NCBI GenBank assembly: GCA_963768865.1
Contig: CAVYJL010000002.1
Span: 443,336 to 507,335 of the forward strand
Origin: an uncultured Coriobacteriia bacterium
GTDB lineage: Bacteria > Actinomycetota > Coriobacteriia > Anaerosomatales > CAVYJL01
Direction: 5' to 3'
DNA length: 64,000 nucleotides
The notes under the pieces are model-generated. The model was not told the DNA's origin. It saw only the letters and a list, made by a program, of their open reading frames with translations, and made no database searches. Position numbers and translations under genes: made by a program. Shown piece by piece: positions 22,573 to 32,658 of this stretch; position 1 is the stretch's first letter; every line of letters starts with the position of its first letter.

Positions 22573-23004
22573 GTGCGGTTGCTTGGGCTCGACATCGGCG
22601 ACGTGCGCGTGGGCGTGGCTGTGAGCGACCCGTCGGGAACCGTCGCGACCCCGTTGACCACGCTGGACGGGCGCAAGCTCGCCGCCGACCCGCAGGACGT
22701 CGTGCGACTCGTGGACGAGTACGAGGCCGGCTGCGTGGTCGTGGGCTTGCCGGTCACGATGGCCGGCGAGGAGGGCCCGCAGGCTCAGTCTGTTCGACGG
22801 CGCGTAAACGCACTGCAGGAGCGCCTCGCCGTCCCGGTTACCCTGTGGGACGAGCGGCTCACGACCGCTCAGGCACGGCGCTCGCTCGCTGAGGCCGGGC
22901 TGGACGAACGACGTATACGCGAGTCGGTGGACATGGTCGCCGCCTCTATCATCCTGCAGAGCTATCTCGACGCGCATCGCGGCGAGCAGGCGGGCCGGGA
23001 CTGA
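22573..23004 (+). CDS. ruvX: Holliday junction resolvase-like RuvX/YqgF
   Basis: LLGLDIGDVRVGVAVSD, VVGLP, WDERLTT, VDMVAASIILQSYLD. Confidence 0.95.
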   Translation: MRLLGLDIGDVRVGVAVSDPSGTVATPLTTLDGRKLAADPQDVVRLVDEYEAGCVVVGLPVTMAGEEGPQAQSVRRRVNALQERLAVPVTLWDERLTTAQARRSLAEAGLDERRIRESVDMVAASIILQSYLDAHRGEQAGRD

Positions 23005-23050
23005 GGCCCGCCGCCCGCGGTCGCACCGAAGAACCCGAGGTCACAAAGAC

Positions 23051-24412
23051 ATGACGGAAGATCCGACAAGGCCCCAGGGCTTGCCGCCCGTGCCCCCGGC
23101 GGGGCAGGTGGCGCCGCCGCCCGCGCCGCCCGCGCCCGGCGCCCCGGTGCCCGGCGCCCCGGCGCCCGGCGCCCCGGCGCCCGGCGCTCCCGGCGCCCAG
23201 GTGCCGCCTCCGATGCTGCCGCCGGTCCCGCCGCCGCCGGCGCGCAGCCGGCGGGCGTAGCGGCCGACCCCTCGGCCCAGCCTGGAGAGACCCTGCCGCC
23301 GCCGACGCGCCGGCCGGTGACCCGTCCCGCCTCCCGAGCCCGTAGAGGGCCCTCAGCCTGACCCGATGGCGGTCAGGCGCCGTCGGCGCCGGCGCGTCGC
23401 ACTAGTCGCATTGGCCGCTCTGGCCGCGATCGTGCTCGCTATCGCCGGCGCCGGCTGGTGGACGTTCCTGAGGCGCACCGGCCCCGAGGTGGCGTCGGGC
23501 AAGCTCGTGACCGTGGTGATCCCGCAGGGAGCCGACGTCGCGACCATCGCCGCCAAGCTCGCGGCAGCGGGCGTCGTCAACAACGAGAACATGTTCCAGT
23601 TCTCGGTGCGCTCAAGCGGCCAGGCCGAGCGCTTCCACGCCGGGACCTACGAGCTCACTACCGGCATGCCGGACGACGTGGTCATCGACGAGCTGGTCGC
23701 GGGCCCGCAGGCGCAGGGCGCTATGGTGACCATCCCCGAGGGGTACACGGTCCGCCAGATCGCCAAGAAGCTCCACGACAAGGCGGGGATCGACCAGGCC
23801 CAGTTCACCGATCTCGCGCTGCACCACGCGGCCGACTTCAAGGCGCAGTACCCGTTCCTCAAGGACGACCCCACCGACTCGCTGGAGGGCTACCTCTTCC
23901 CCAAGACCTACGCGATCCGGCGCGACATGAAGGCCAAGGACGTCATCGGGCTCATGCTCGACCAGTTCGGCAAGGAGGCGCAGTCGCTGGACCTGAGCTA
24001 CGCGCACTCCAAGAACCTGACCCTGCACGACGTGGTCACCATCGCCTCGATCGTGTCCAAAGAGTCTCGCCTGCCCAAGGACGGTCCGATCGTTGCGTCG
24101 GTCGTGTACAACCGGCTCAAGAAGCGGATAAGGCTCAGGCTGGACACGACGGTGATCTACGCATTGGGTCTCGAGACCAAGTCCAAGGTCTACTTCAAGG
24201 ACCTTGAAGTGAACAGCCCGTACAATACGTACAAGCACGACGGGCTCCCGCCGGGCCCGATCTGCAACCCGGGAATGGCGGCGCTCGAAGCAGCCGCGCA
24301 CCCGGTGACCTCGACGTATCTTTACTTCATCGCCACGGGCAAGGATGGTTCACTCACGTTCGCCACGACGGATGCCGAATTCCAGAAGGCGAAGGCCAAG
24401 ATGGTCCGCTAG
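23051..24412 (+). CDS. mltG: endolytic transglycosylase MltG; core ORF 23366-24412, probable Pro-rich N-terminal extension from 23051 broken by indels
   Basis: TM, VTIPEG, LEGYLFPKTY, IASIVSKE, SPYNTY, GLPPGPICNPG. Confidence 0.9.
23132..23191 (+). repeat. four near-identical copies of a 15-bp coding tandem repeat (GCGCCCGGCGCCCCG, APGAP)
   Basis: Directly visible repeat in the Pro-rich ORF upstream of the mltG core. Confidence 0.85.
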
Positions 24413-24484
24413 CGCGCCGCGCCGCGCCGCTCCGGGCCTGGGCGCCTCGGCCGTCGCGGACCTGCGCTCGAAGCGCGCCGGGCC

Positions 24485-25433
24485 CTAGAAATCCCAGGCC
24501 GGCACCATGTACTCGCGTGGATCGATCAGGATGTTGCCGAAGAAGTCCTCCGAGCTCGTGGCTCCGACACCGGCCCGGCCGTCGGCGGCCCGGGCGTACG
24601 CCATCATCGTCGCAGCCTTGGAGGGCAGGTCGATCGGGTCGAGCACCACCGTGGGCGCCCAGCGTGCAGCCCAGGGCAACGAGTACACGTACACCTTGAA
24701 GAAGGCCACGCGCGTCCCCCAACGCCGCCACAGTTCCTTGAGGGCACGCGCCGCCGCCGCGTGGTCGGGATTCGGGCGCGCGTCCGAGCTGGCCGCCGGA
24801 CGCCACGTAATCTGCCGTCGTGATGTGAGTCGCCCCCGGGTGAAGGGCGGCCATCGTCTCCACGATGGGCATGACCTCGGCAGTGGTGAGTCGAGTGTCA
24901 GCGAGACCGGTGGCGCCATGACTGTGGCCGCGCCCGTGGAAGCTCAAGTGATCGGCGGGGACGCCCATCAGTCCCATAGCGCGCACGTACTCCGCTCGCC
25001 GCTCGAGCGCGAAGTCCCATCGGGTGCCTTTCACGCCGTCACCGTCGAGATCCTTCCAAAGCTCGGGGCGCTTCCGGTAGTAGTCCTCGTACTCCTTCGA
25101 GCCCTCACCGTCGGTGAGAAGGACGCCGTAGACGGGGCGGCCTTCGCGGCGAGCTTGGATGATCTCGAAGGCCATGGCCCATGTCTCGTCGTCGGGGTGG
25201 GGACTGTAGACGATCAGCGGCTTGCCGGGTTCACCCAGGGGGGCCTCAGCCGTCAGGGACAGGGGCCCCGCCGTTGTCACCTGCGGCGCAGGGACCGCAT
25301 GGATCATGCCGGCCACCACGAGAGCCGAGGACACGGCCACAGCCACGACCACGATGGCCACCGCGCCCAGGCTGCGGCGCCTCGCCGGTCGGCTGCCGGA
25401 GTCGCCTAGCCCCTCGCGGGCAGGGTGTGGCAT
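24485..25433 (-). CDS. membrane-anchored PIG-L/LmbE family deacetylase; frameshift near 24790
   Basis: N-terminal TM, YSPHPDDET, LTDGE, ERRAEY, then NPDH in the shifted frame. Confidence 0.85.
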
Positions 25434-25437
25434 CCGA

Positions 25438-26331
25438 CTACGCCCCGCCACGCGCGCCGTCGGAAGCATAGCGCGTGAGCGCGGCTCCCTTGCGCCCCGT
25501 GGCAAGAAGGACCACGAGGTAGATGCCCGTGGCGACTGCCAAGATGCTGAAGCTCGGCGGCAGCGCCGGGATCGCATAGCTCAAGCCCAGCCCCGCCCAC
25601 ATCTCCACGACCGCGATGCCTGCCGAGAGGACCATGGCGACGTATGGCCGGGTCGTCAGCCTGACGGCCGTGCCTGCCGGCGCCGCCAGCAGACCCAAGA
25701 GCAGCAGAGCGCCGACGGCGAGCGTGGCCTCGGCCGCAGCCACCCCTACGAGTGCCAAGAACACGACTCCGAGGCCCAGTACCGGCACCCCGAGGGAGCT
25801 TGCGACGGTGCCGTCGACCGTGGCGAACAGCAAGGGCCGCGCGATCGCCCCTACGAGGAGCGTCACAGCGACACCCACAGCCGCTGCTGCCCACGCCTGT
25901 TGCGTGCTGAGTCCGAAGATCGACCCGAACAGGATCGAGACCCCTGCCGCGCCGTTGGCGGCACTGCTGGACGAGACGTAGTAGGTGAGGAAGAAGACCC
26001 CCAGGCCCAAGACCCATGCGAGCACGTTGCCTATGACGACATCATCGGCTCGCCCGCGTATCCCGAGCAGGCCGATGATAGCGCCCACACCGATGGTCGC
26101 TACGAACAGACCCACGCGCGCGTCCAGGCCCATCGCGAGTGCCGCGGCCGCGCCGGTGAACGCGACGTGGCCCAGGGCGTCTCCTGTGAACACCTGCCCG
26201 CGTATGACGAGGAAGTAGCCCACGGCGCCGGCGACCAGGGCGATCGCGGTCCCGGCCACGAGGCCGTTGGCCAGGAACGGGTGCGTGAGCACGAGGCTCA
26301 GGCCCGTCCAGTCCAGGAGCGCGCTGTTCAC
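25438..26331 (-). CDS. Zn/Mn ABC transporter permease (ZnuB family)
   Basis: FTGDALGHVAFTGAA, ILFGSIFG, RPLLFATVD, LLAAPAGTA. Confidence 0.9.
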   Translation of the reverse strand: MNSALLDWTGLSLVLTHPFLANGLVAGTAIALVAGAVGYFLVIRGQVFTGDALGHVAFTGAAAALAMGLDARVGLFVATIGVGAIIGLLGIRGRADDVVIGNVLAWVLGLGVFFLTYYVSSSSAANGAAGVSILFGSIFGLSTQQAWAAAAVGVAVTLLVGAIARPLLFATVDGTVASSLGVPVLGLGVVFLALVGVAAAEATLAVGALLLLGLLAAPAGTAVRLTTRPYVAMVLSAGIAVVEMWAGLGLSYAIPALPPSFSILAVATGIYLVVLLATGRKGAALTRYASDGARGGA

Positions 26332-27227
26332 GGCCGGACCTCGGCGACGAGGCGACGCGCGCGACGCGACGTGAGGAGCCTGGTCACCACATAGGCCGCG
26401 AAGGCCAGCGTCGTCACGAAGAATCCGATCGGGTACGGCCAGTAGAACGCCAGCATGAGGCTGAGCCACGTCACCACCAGCGCGATCATCGCGCTCAGAA
26501 GCAACCCCGCCACCGGCCGGCCGGTCATGAGCTGAGCGGTCGCTGGTGGAGCCACGAGCAGCGCGAAGACCAAGAGGGTGCCGGTGATCTGGCTGGCCTC
26601 GGCAACGGCCGCGCCCAAGAGCAGCAGGAACGCAACCGACAAGACGCGGACCGGCACGCCACCGGCGGCAGCGACCTGCGGATCCACTGAGGCGTACAGG
26701 AGCGGGCGGCCGATCAGCGCCAGGACCGCGATCACGGCCACGCCCACGGCGAGTAGCACGGCGACTTGGCCCTGTGTGATGCCAAGGAAGCTCCCGAACA
26801 GCAGCGCGTTGATGCCGTTCAGGAATCCGTGGTACAGGCTCACGAACAAGAAGCCGCACGCGAGAGCGAACGCCTGCACCGTTCCCGTGACGGCCGACTC
26901 CTCGTTGCGCACGGAGCCGGCCGAGCGTGGCAGCAGCGCTATCGCCGAGGCGGCTGCCAGGCAGAAGCCGAAATAGCCCCAGGCCACGTTGATGCCGACG
27001 AGCGTGGCCCCAGCCGCTCCCGGGAACCCGACCACGGCCAGCGCGTGGCCGGCGAAGCTCTGCTTGCGCAGCACCATGAACCAGCCGATGAGCCCAGCCA
27101 CTACCGCGACGATCGTGCCGGCCTGGAACGCGTTGACCATGAACGGGTACGCGAACGGCTGAAGCAGGACCTGGCCGAGTGCCGACGCGCCCGGGCTCCC
27201 AGCTGCCACCGACAGGGGGCTATGCAC
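26328..27227 (-). CDS. Zn/Mn ABC transporter permease (ZnuB family)
   Basis: FAGHALAVVGFPGAA, LLFGSFLG, RPLLYASVDP. Confidence 0.9.
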   Translation of the reverse strand: MHSPLSVAAGSPGASALGQVLLQPFAYPFMVNAFQAGTIVAVVAGLIGWFMVLRKQSFAGHALAVVGFPGAAGATLVGINVAWGYFGFCLAAASAIALLPRSAGSVRNEESAVTGTVQAFALACGFLFVSLYHGFLNGINALLFGSFLGITQGQVAVLLAVGVAVIAVLALIGRPLLYASVDPQVAAAGGVPVRVLSVAFLLLLGAAVAEASQITGTLLVFALLVAPPATAQLMTGRPVAGLLLSAMIALVVTWLSLMLAFYWPYPIGFFVTTLAFAAYVVTRLLTSRRARRLVAEVRP

Positions 27228-28077
27228 GGGTCTCGTCCTGGGCGCACGTCTGGGATTCGCCGTGGCACGACGCGCGGACCTCGGGTTGACCGAGGACGGC
27301 GAGGCCGCCCCTTGCGGTGCGCACCACTTCGACCGTCGTTCCATAGAGGCGGCTGAGCGCCTCGGTCGTGACGACCTCATCGGGCGATCCGCTCAGGACC
27401 CTGCCGTCGCCCACGTAGGCGACCAGGTCGAGATAGGGGAGTAGCGGGTTCACGTCGTGCGCCACCATCATCACCCCGATCTCCCGTTCTCTGCAGATCC
27501 GGGCCACGAGCGAGGTCACCGAAGCCTGGCTGGGCAGGTCGAGTCCCTCCAGCGGCTCATCCAGGAGCAGCAGCGACGGGTCGCGCACGAGCGCGGCGGC
27601 GATGAGGAGCCGCTGCTGCTCTCCGCCGGAGATCTCGCCGATGGGCCGCCGTGCGTAGTCGCCCGCGCCCACCATCTCGATGACGTCACGAACGTGGGCC
27701 TCGCGAGCACGTCCCTTTTCGCTGAAGGAACGTGCACCCGGCAACGGGATGCCCCATCGGTCGCCGTCGAGCCCGAGCCGCACGATATCGATGCCGCGGA
27801 TCCTCAGGTCGGGGTCGAAGCTTCGCCGTTGTGGCAGGTATCCGATGCGGTGGTTCTCCTGGCCGGCTGGCTTGCCCAGGACGCGTATGCTGCCCGACGC
27901 CGGCAGCAATGCCAAGACGACCTTGATCAGCGTCGTCTTGCCCACACCGTTGGGACCCAGAACGGCCATGAACTCGCCCGCTCGCAGTCGGAGGTCCACG
28001 CCGCTCCACAGCGTTCGGGAGTCGACGCGGACGGAGGCGTCGCTCAGCTCTATCAGCGTTGAAGCGTCCTGGTTCAT
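27220..28077 (-). CDS. Zn/Mn ABC transporter ATP-binding protein (ZnuC family)
   Basis: GPNGVGKT, IGYLPQ, ISGGEQQR, LLLDEP. Confidence 0.92.
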   Translation of the reverse strand: MNQDASTLIELSDASVRVDSRTLWSGVDLRLRAGEFMAVLGPNGVGKTTLIKVVLALLPASGSIRVLGKPAGQENHRIGYLPQRRSFDPDLRIRGIDIVRLGLDGDRWGIPLPGARSFSEKGRAREAHVRDVIEMVGAGDYARRPIGEISGGEQQRLLIAAALVRDPSLLLLDEPLEGLDLPSQASVTSLVARICREREIGVMMVAHDVNPLLPYLDLVAYVGDGRVLSGSPDEVVTTEALSRLYGTTVEVVRTARGGLAVLGQPEVRASCHGESQTCAQDETRA

Positions 28078-29012
28078 CTGCCGGTCGCCTTGTGGAGGGC
28101 CGCCTGGATCGCGCGCAGTTGAGAGCTCTGCCAGTCCTGGAAGTCGGCCCCGGCGGGCTCGAGGGTCTCCGTCACGGTGACCACCGGGATGCCTTGGGCT
28201 CGCGCCTCGTTGACCAGCGCGAGCACGTCGGGGGTCGAGTTCTGCCGGTTGTAGATGAAGATCTTGATGGCTTTGGACCTGATCTGCGCGTCCACGGCGG
28301 CCTTGTCGCCGGCCGTGGGCCCGGTGCCTTCGCTTATCGCGCTTAGGAATGTCGGCGGCGTGAGCATCTTGAGTCCGAGCGCCTGGGCCAGCGGTGCCAC
28401 GATGCTCTCGGAAGCGCCGATCGGCGTCCCGGCGTATCGCGTGCGGATCGCAGTGATGAGGCTGTGGTAGTCCGCAAGGCCGGAGCTCTCGAAGGAGCGT
28501 TGCCTGGAGGCGAAGTAGGCAGCGTTCGCGGGATCGAGTCGCTGGTACTCGGCGGTGATCCGTCCGATCACCTTCTCCACGACCGCGGGCGAGTACCACT
28601 GATGTGGATTCCCGCCGGCAGGGACCCCTGCGATCTGTCCGACATCGAGCACCGCGCGCCCAACGTAAGGATTTGCGGCAACGAGCTTGGGCGCCCAGGA
28701 GTCATAGCCTATCCCGTTGTAGATCACCATGTTGGCCGTCGCGACTTGCCGGCCGTCGGCGACGGTGGGTTCATAGTCGTGAGGGTCGGTGGCGGGGTTG
28801 CTGATGATGCTGGTCACGGTGGCCTTGTCCCCGCCCAGTTGCGTGGCGATGCTGCCCCAGAAGTTCTCGGCTGCGATCACTCGGATCGTGCCGCCGCTGG
28901 CCGGATTGCCCGGCTTCACGGAGCCGGAAGCGCAGGCGCCGAGCAGAGTCGCACCGAGAAGGCATGCGGCGACCACCGACGCCCGTGCCCAGGTCGGGGA
29001 AGGCGTTCTCAT
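28074..29012 (-). CDS. Zn/Mn ABC transporter substrate-binding lipoprotein (ZnuA/TroA family)
   Basis: LLGAC lipobox, AAENFWG, DPHDYEPT, NPHQWY. Confidence 0.92.
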   Translation of the reverse strand: MRTPSPTWARASVVAACLLGATLLGACASGSVKPGNPASGGTIRVIAAENFWGSIATQLGGDKATVTSIISNPATDPHDYEPTVADGRQVATANMVIYNGIGYDSWAPKLVAANPYVGRAVLDVGQIAGVPAGGNPHQWYSPAVVEKVIGRITAEYQRLDPANAAYFASRQRSFESSGLADYHSLITAIRTRYAGTPIGASESIVAPLAQALGLKMLTPPTFLSAISEGTGPTAGDKAAVDAQIRSKAIKIFIYNRQNSTPDVLALVNEARAQGIPVVTVTETLEPAGADFQDWQSSQLRAIQAALHKATGR

Positions 29013-29422
29013 GAGCGGCACCCCGCGCAAAGGCCGTAGATCACGAGGCTGTGGCTCGACACGCTGAACCCGTCCAAGGCCAGCTCATCGAGGTCGAGCG
29101 GGCAGTGCGTCTCTGAGACGGCACCACAACTCGTGCACACGGCATGGTGGTGGTGGGCCCGGCCTCGGCACCGCGTGTAGAGGACAGCATGGTCTCGTGA
29201 ACCCACCGCCTCGATGAAGCCGGTCTTCTCCATCGCCGAGACGGCGCGGTAGACGGTGGCCACGCCTACGCCGGGTTGCATTCCGCGCACCGCCGCCGCG
29301 AGGTCACCAGCAGTGAACGCTCCCGCGGCGCCGTCAACGGCACGTGCGATGACGACGCGCTGAGCGCTCTCGCGCCCCGAGCCGAAGGCGGCCGATCCGA
29401 GTGTCGAACGTTTCTGGTTCAT
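29009..29422 (-). CDS. Fur-family metalloregulator (Zur-like)
   Basis: GVATVYRA, HHHHAVCTSC and C-terminal GLCAGC; first gene of the metal ABC operon. Confidence 0.9.
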   Translation of the reverse strand: MNQKRSTLGSAAFGSGRESAQRVVIARAVDGAAGAFTAGDLAAAVRGMQPGVGVATVYRAVSAMEKTGFIEAVGSRDHAVLYTRCRGRAHHHHAVCTSCGAVSETHCPLDLDELALDGFSVSSHSLVIYGLCAGCRS

Positions 29423-29452
29423 TCGGCCCTTCCTTCTCTGGGCGCCAACGAA

Positions 29453-29469
29453 GTGAGAACGGCTCTCAC
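29453..29469. promoter_or_regulatory. putative Zur/Fur box
   Basis: GTGAGAAC-G-GCTCTCAC palindrome (7-1-7 core, one mismatch) just downstream of minus-strand TACAGT -10 candidates (29472-29485). Confidence 0.6.
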
Positions 29470-29674
29470 CCACTGTACGACTGTACCGCAGTTGTGCGAT
29501 GGTCAAAACCCGCCGGGGGTACCCGCGCCCGCCCATGCGACTCAGGGTCCGCGCCCGGCGCCCGTGGCGGGAATCAAGGATCGTTTACTCATCTGTGCGT
29601 TCACGGATGCCGAATCCCTTGATGCGAAGGCCAGAATGGTCCGCTAGAAGCAGCTCAGTCACACCAGGGAGCGG

Positions 29675-30708
29675 ATGACCATGGAACAGGCGGGCGCCGC
29701 CATCGAGATCGAAGGTGCCAAGAAGGTCTGGCCGGCTCAGATCGGCCGACCCAGGCGGGAGACAGTTCATTCCGTTTCCCTGTCGGTAGGCCGCGGCGAG
29801 ATCCATGGGCTACTGGGCCCCAACGGTGCCGGCAAGACGACGACACTCAAGATGCTGCTGGGCCTCGTGAGCGCGAGCGCCTGGCAAGTTCGAGAATCCT
29901 CGGGATCGATTCGCGCAAGCCCGCCGGCAGGCAGAACGTGGGCTTCCTCCCCGAGCAACCCTACTTCAACCCGCAGCTCACTGCGGACCAAGCGATGCTC
30001 CTCTATGCGCGCCTGAGCGGTGTTCCCGAGGACGACGCCAGGTCCCAGTCCTCTCGGCTCCTCGCCGAGGTCGGTCTAGATGGTCAGGGCCCGGTCGTCC
30101 TGTCGCGCTTCTCGCGCGGCATGCTGCAACGCCTGGGGATCGCGGCGGCGATGCTCGGACGGCCCGAGGTGCTCATCTTGGACGAGCCCGCCGGAGGGCT
30201 CGACCCCGTGGGCCAGCGCGACGTGCGCGAACTCATGCTGCGCAGACGCGACGAGGGCGCGACCGTCTTGCTCTCCAGCCACCAGCTCTCCGAGGTCGAG
30301 GCCGTGTGCGACCGTGTCACCATCTTGGATCGCGGGGACGTGGCGGCGAAGGGACGCATCGAGGAGCTTCTGCGAGTCAAGGGGCGCACATCCGTCCGCG
30401 TTCGCGGGCTCGGTGGAGGACTACCGCCCCAGGTAGCCGCGCTCACCGACGACGTGGCCGTCTCTGCCGGGTCGTGGGTGTTCTCGATACCCGAGGCCCA
30501 GGCGCGAACGGTCGTCGACGCGCTCGATGACGCCGGCGCGACCATCGAGGGCTTGGCTCCCAAGCGCGAGTCGCTCGAGGACTACTTCGCCGCACTCCTG
30601 GAGCGCACCGACGCCGACGCGGCCGCCGCGCAGGTGCAGACGGGTCGTAACGACGCCGTGGCGGTGGCCCAAGGGACCCCACTGGAGAAGGACGGTGAGC
30701 AGGAGTGA
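29675..30708 (+). CDS. ABC transporter ATP-binding protein (PilH-like); two frameshifts near 29880-29895
   Basis: [41 protein letters not shown]. Confidence 0.9.
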
Positions 30709-31439
30709 TCGTTCGCGTTGCAGCGATCGCATGGTCGGTCGTGTCCGACGCCGCGCGGCGAAAGGTGCTCTACGCTGTCTTGGCCGCCGCGGCCGTCATG
30801 ACCTTTGCGATCCCTTCGCTGCCCAGCTATGGGGTGGGGGTCGTCACGTCCGTGTACCGCGAGGTGGCTTTGGCGCTCATGTACGCCGCCACGGTTGTGC
30901 TGGCCTTGGTCCTGAGCGCTAACCGGGTGCCCGGGGAGGTGGAGCGCCGAACCGTGTACAACGTGCTCGCGCGCAAGACCGCTCGTTGGGAGTACCTGGC
31001 GGGCTCGTGGCTCGGAGTCTGGATCATCCTCGGCATACTCGTGCTGGTGTTCCTAGTGGTGGACATCATGATGGGGGCCATCGTGTACAAGCAGGCCATG
31101 TGGCTCCTTGCCGAGGGCGCCTTCGCGATCTGGCTCGAGGGAGGGGTGCTAGCCGCGGCTGCCGTGGCCTTGTCGTCTCGTCTAGGGCCGGTGCCCGTCA
31201 CGATTGGCGGCCTCGCCTTCCTGTTCGTCTTCCACTCCGCGGGGAGCCTGGTGGGCGGCACGAGCGCATCGCTGGCACGGTTTACTCCTACATTGGACGT
31301 CTTCAGCGTGAGCGACCCCGTGGCTCACGGAGTCGTCGTTCCGGCCTATGACCTCGGATTCATGACGGTGGCATTCCTGGGATGGGTCTTGATGCTCATG
31401 GCGATCGGCGTCCTCGCCTTCAACGGGAGGGACCTGTAG
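30705..31439 (+). CDS. ABC-2-type permease (PilI-like)
   Basis: About six TMs; EVERRTVYNVLARK..RWEYLAG; C-terminal FNGRDL. Confidence 0.85.
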   Translation: MIVRVAAIAWSVVSDAARRKVLYAVLAAAAVMTFAIPSLPSYGVGVVTSVYREVALALMYAATVVLALVLSANRVPGEVERRTVYNVLARKTARWEYLAGSWLGVWIILGILVLVFLVVDIMMGAIVYKQAMWLLAEGAFAIWLEGGVLAAAAVALSSRLGPVPVTIGGLAFLFVFHSAGSLVGGTSASLARFTPTLDVFSVSDPVAHGVVVPAYDLGFMTVAFLGWVLMLMAIGVLAFNGRDL

Positions 31440-32117
31440 GTGGCACGCCTATCCGCCACAAGAGTCGCGATCGCGCTCGCTCTGGCGGGTCTCCTGATCG
31501 TGGTCGCGGTGCAGCTCATCTCGCCGCCGTCGCCCGCTCGGGGCGCCGGCTCGGCAGAGACGGGGGCTCTCGGCCGCGCCGGGTTCGCCTATCTCACGGG
31601 GCTTAGGACGTTCGCCGCGGCAGTGCTGTGGAACCGGCTCGATCCGATCATGGACAAGTACGAGCCGGGCGGCCTAAGCCACGCGCAGTACATGTTGCCC
31701 TCGATACAGTTGGTCACCTGGCTCGATCCCAAGTTCGAGCAGGCCTACTACGTGGGGCAGTGGATCATCGCGCGCCATGGGGGCACGCTTGCCGAGGCCA
31801 AGGCCATGACCCGCGATGGCATCGCCGCCAATCCGAGGTCCGGCCTCCTGCTCGCCTCCTACGCGCAGCTGCTGCAAGGCGCCTCCAAGACGACGGTCCC
31901 CTCGGCCTACGAATGGGCGAAGAAGGCGATCGAACCCGGTGTGACCTGGCACACGGTCGAAGACGAGTACGACGAATACGGGGTGCTCAGGGTGATCTTC
32001 GAGATCGCCCACGACCCGGCGCGCGTGAAGTTCGTCAAAGAGGTGCAGAAGCGCCTGCAGCCGCTCAAAGCCACGGACCCAGCTCCGCCCAACCCCGGTT
32101 TCCAGCCGGTACCGTGA
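31440..32117 (+). CDS. membrane-anchored TPR-like protein (PilG/XapA-like)
   Basis: N-terminal TM; GLRTFAAAVLW...LVTWLDPKFEQAY...GIAANP. Confidence 0.6.
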   Translation: MARLSATRVAIALALAGLLIVVAVQLISPPSPARGAGSAETGALGRAGFAYLTGLRTFAAAVLWNRLDPIMDKYEPGGLSHAQYMLPSIQLVTWLDPKFEQAYYVGQWIIARHGGTLAEAKAMTRDGIAANPRSGLLLASYAQLLQGASKTTVPSAYEWAKKAIEPGVTWHTVEDEYDEYGVLRVIFEIAHDPARVKFVKEVQKRLQPLKATDPAPPNPGFQPVP

Positions 32118-32118
32118 C

Positions 32119-32610
32119 GTGAGCTTCCTCACTCCCGACTACTACTACTCGAGCCTGTTCGCGGTGGACCTCGACCATCTGGCCGAGGCCGGCATCAAGG
32201 CGCTCATCATCGACATGGACAACACGATCCTGCCGCGCGACACGAACAAGATCGAGCCCAGGGCGTTCGAGTGGGTCCAGGAAGCGCGCCGGATGTTCGG
32301 CGTGATGATCGTCTCCAACAACACGCACGCGTACCCGCGCGGCATCGCCGCCGAGCTCGGGCTGAGTATCCTGACCCACGCCCTCAAGCCCATGCCGCGA
32401 GCCTTCCATGCCGCCATGGGGGAGCTCGGCACGACCGGCAAGACCACGGCGGTCATCGGCGACCAGCTGTTCACCGACGTGTTCGGCGGCAATCTCGCGG
32501 GAGCCACCACGGTGCTCGTGGACCCTCTCGTCGAGCAGGACCTGCCGCACACCGTGGCCTTGCGGCGCCTCACCGCGCCTATAATCCGCCACAGGAAGCC
32601 GTTGGCCTGA
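32119..32610 (+). CDS. yqeG: YqeG-family HAD IIIA phosphatase
   Basis: IIDMDNTI, IVSNN, ALKP, IGDQLFTDV. Confidence 0.92.
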   Translation: MSFLTPDYYYSSLFAVDLDHLAEAGIKALIIDMDNTILPRDTNKIEPRAFEWVQEARRMFGVMIVSNNTHAYPRGIAAELGLSILTHALKPMPRAFHAAMGELGTTGKTTAVIGDQLFTDVFGGNLAGATTVLVDPLVEQDLPHTVALRRLTAPIIRHRKPLA

Positions 32611-32658
32611 CGTGCGCCGCGACCGGCGCACGGCGGCGACGAAGCGGGAGGCACGCTC

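Noticed and set aside
24413-32117. Mobile island carrying the metal ABC and pilHIG-like genes
   Set aside because: Codon style looks slightly different, but no integrase, transposase, tRNA target or flanking direct repeats were seen.
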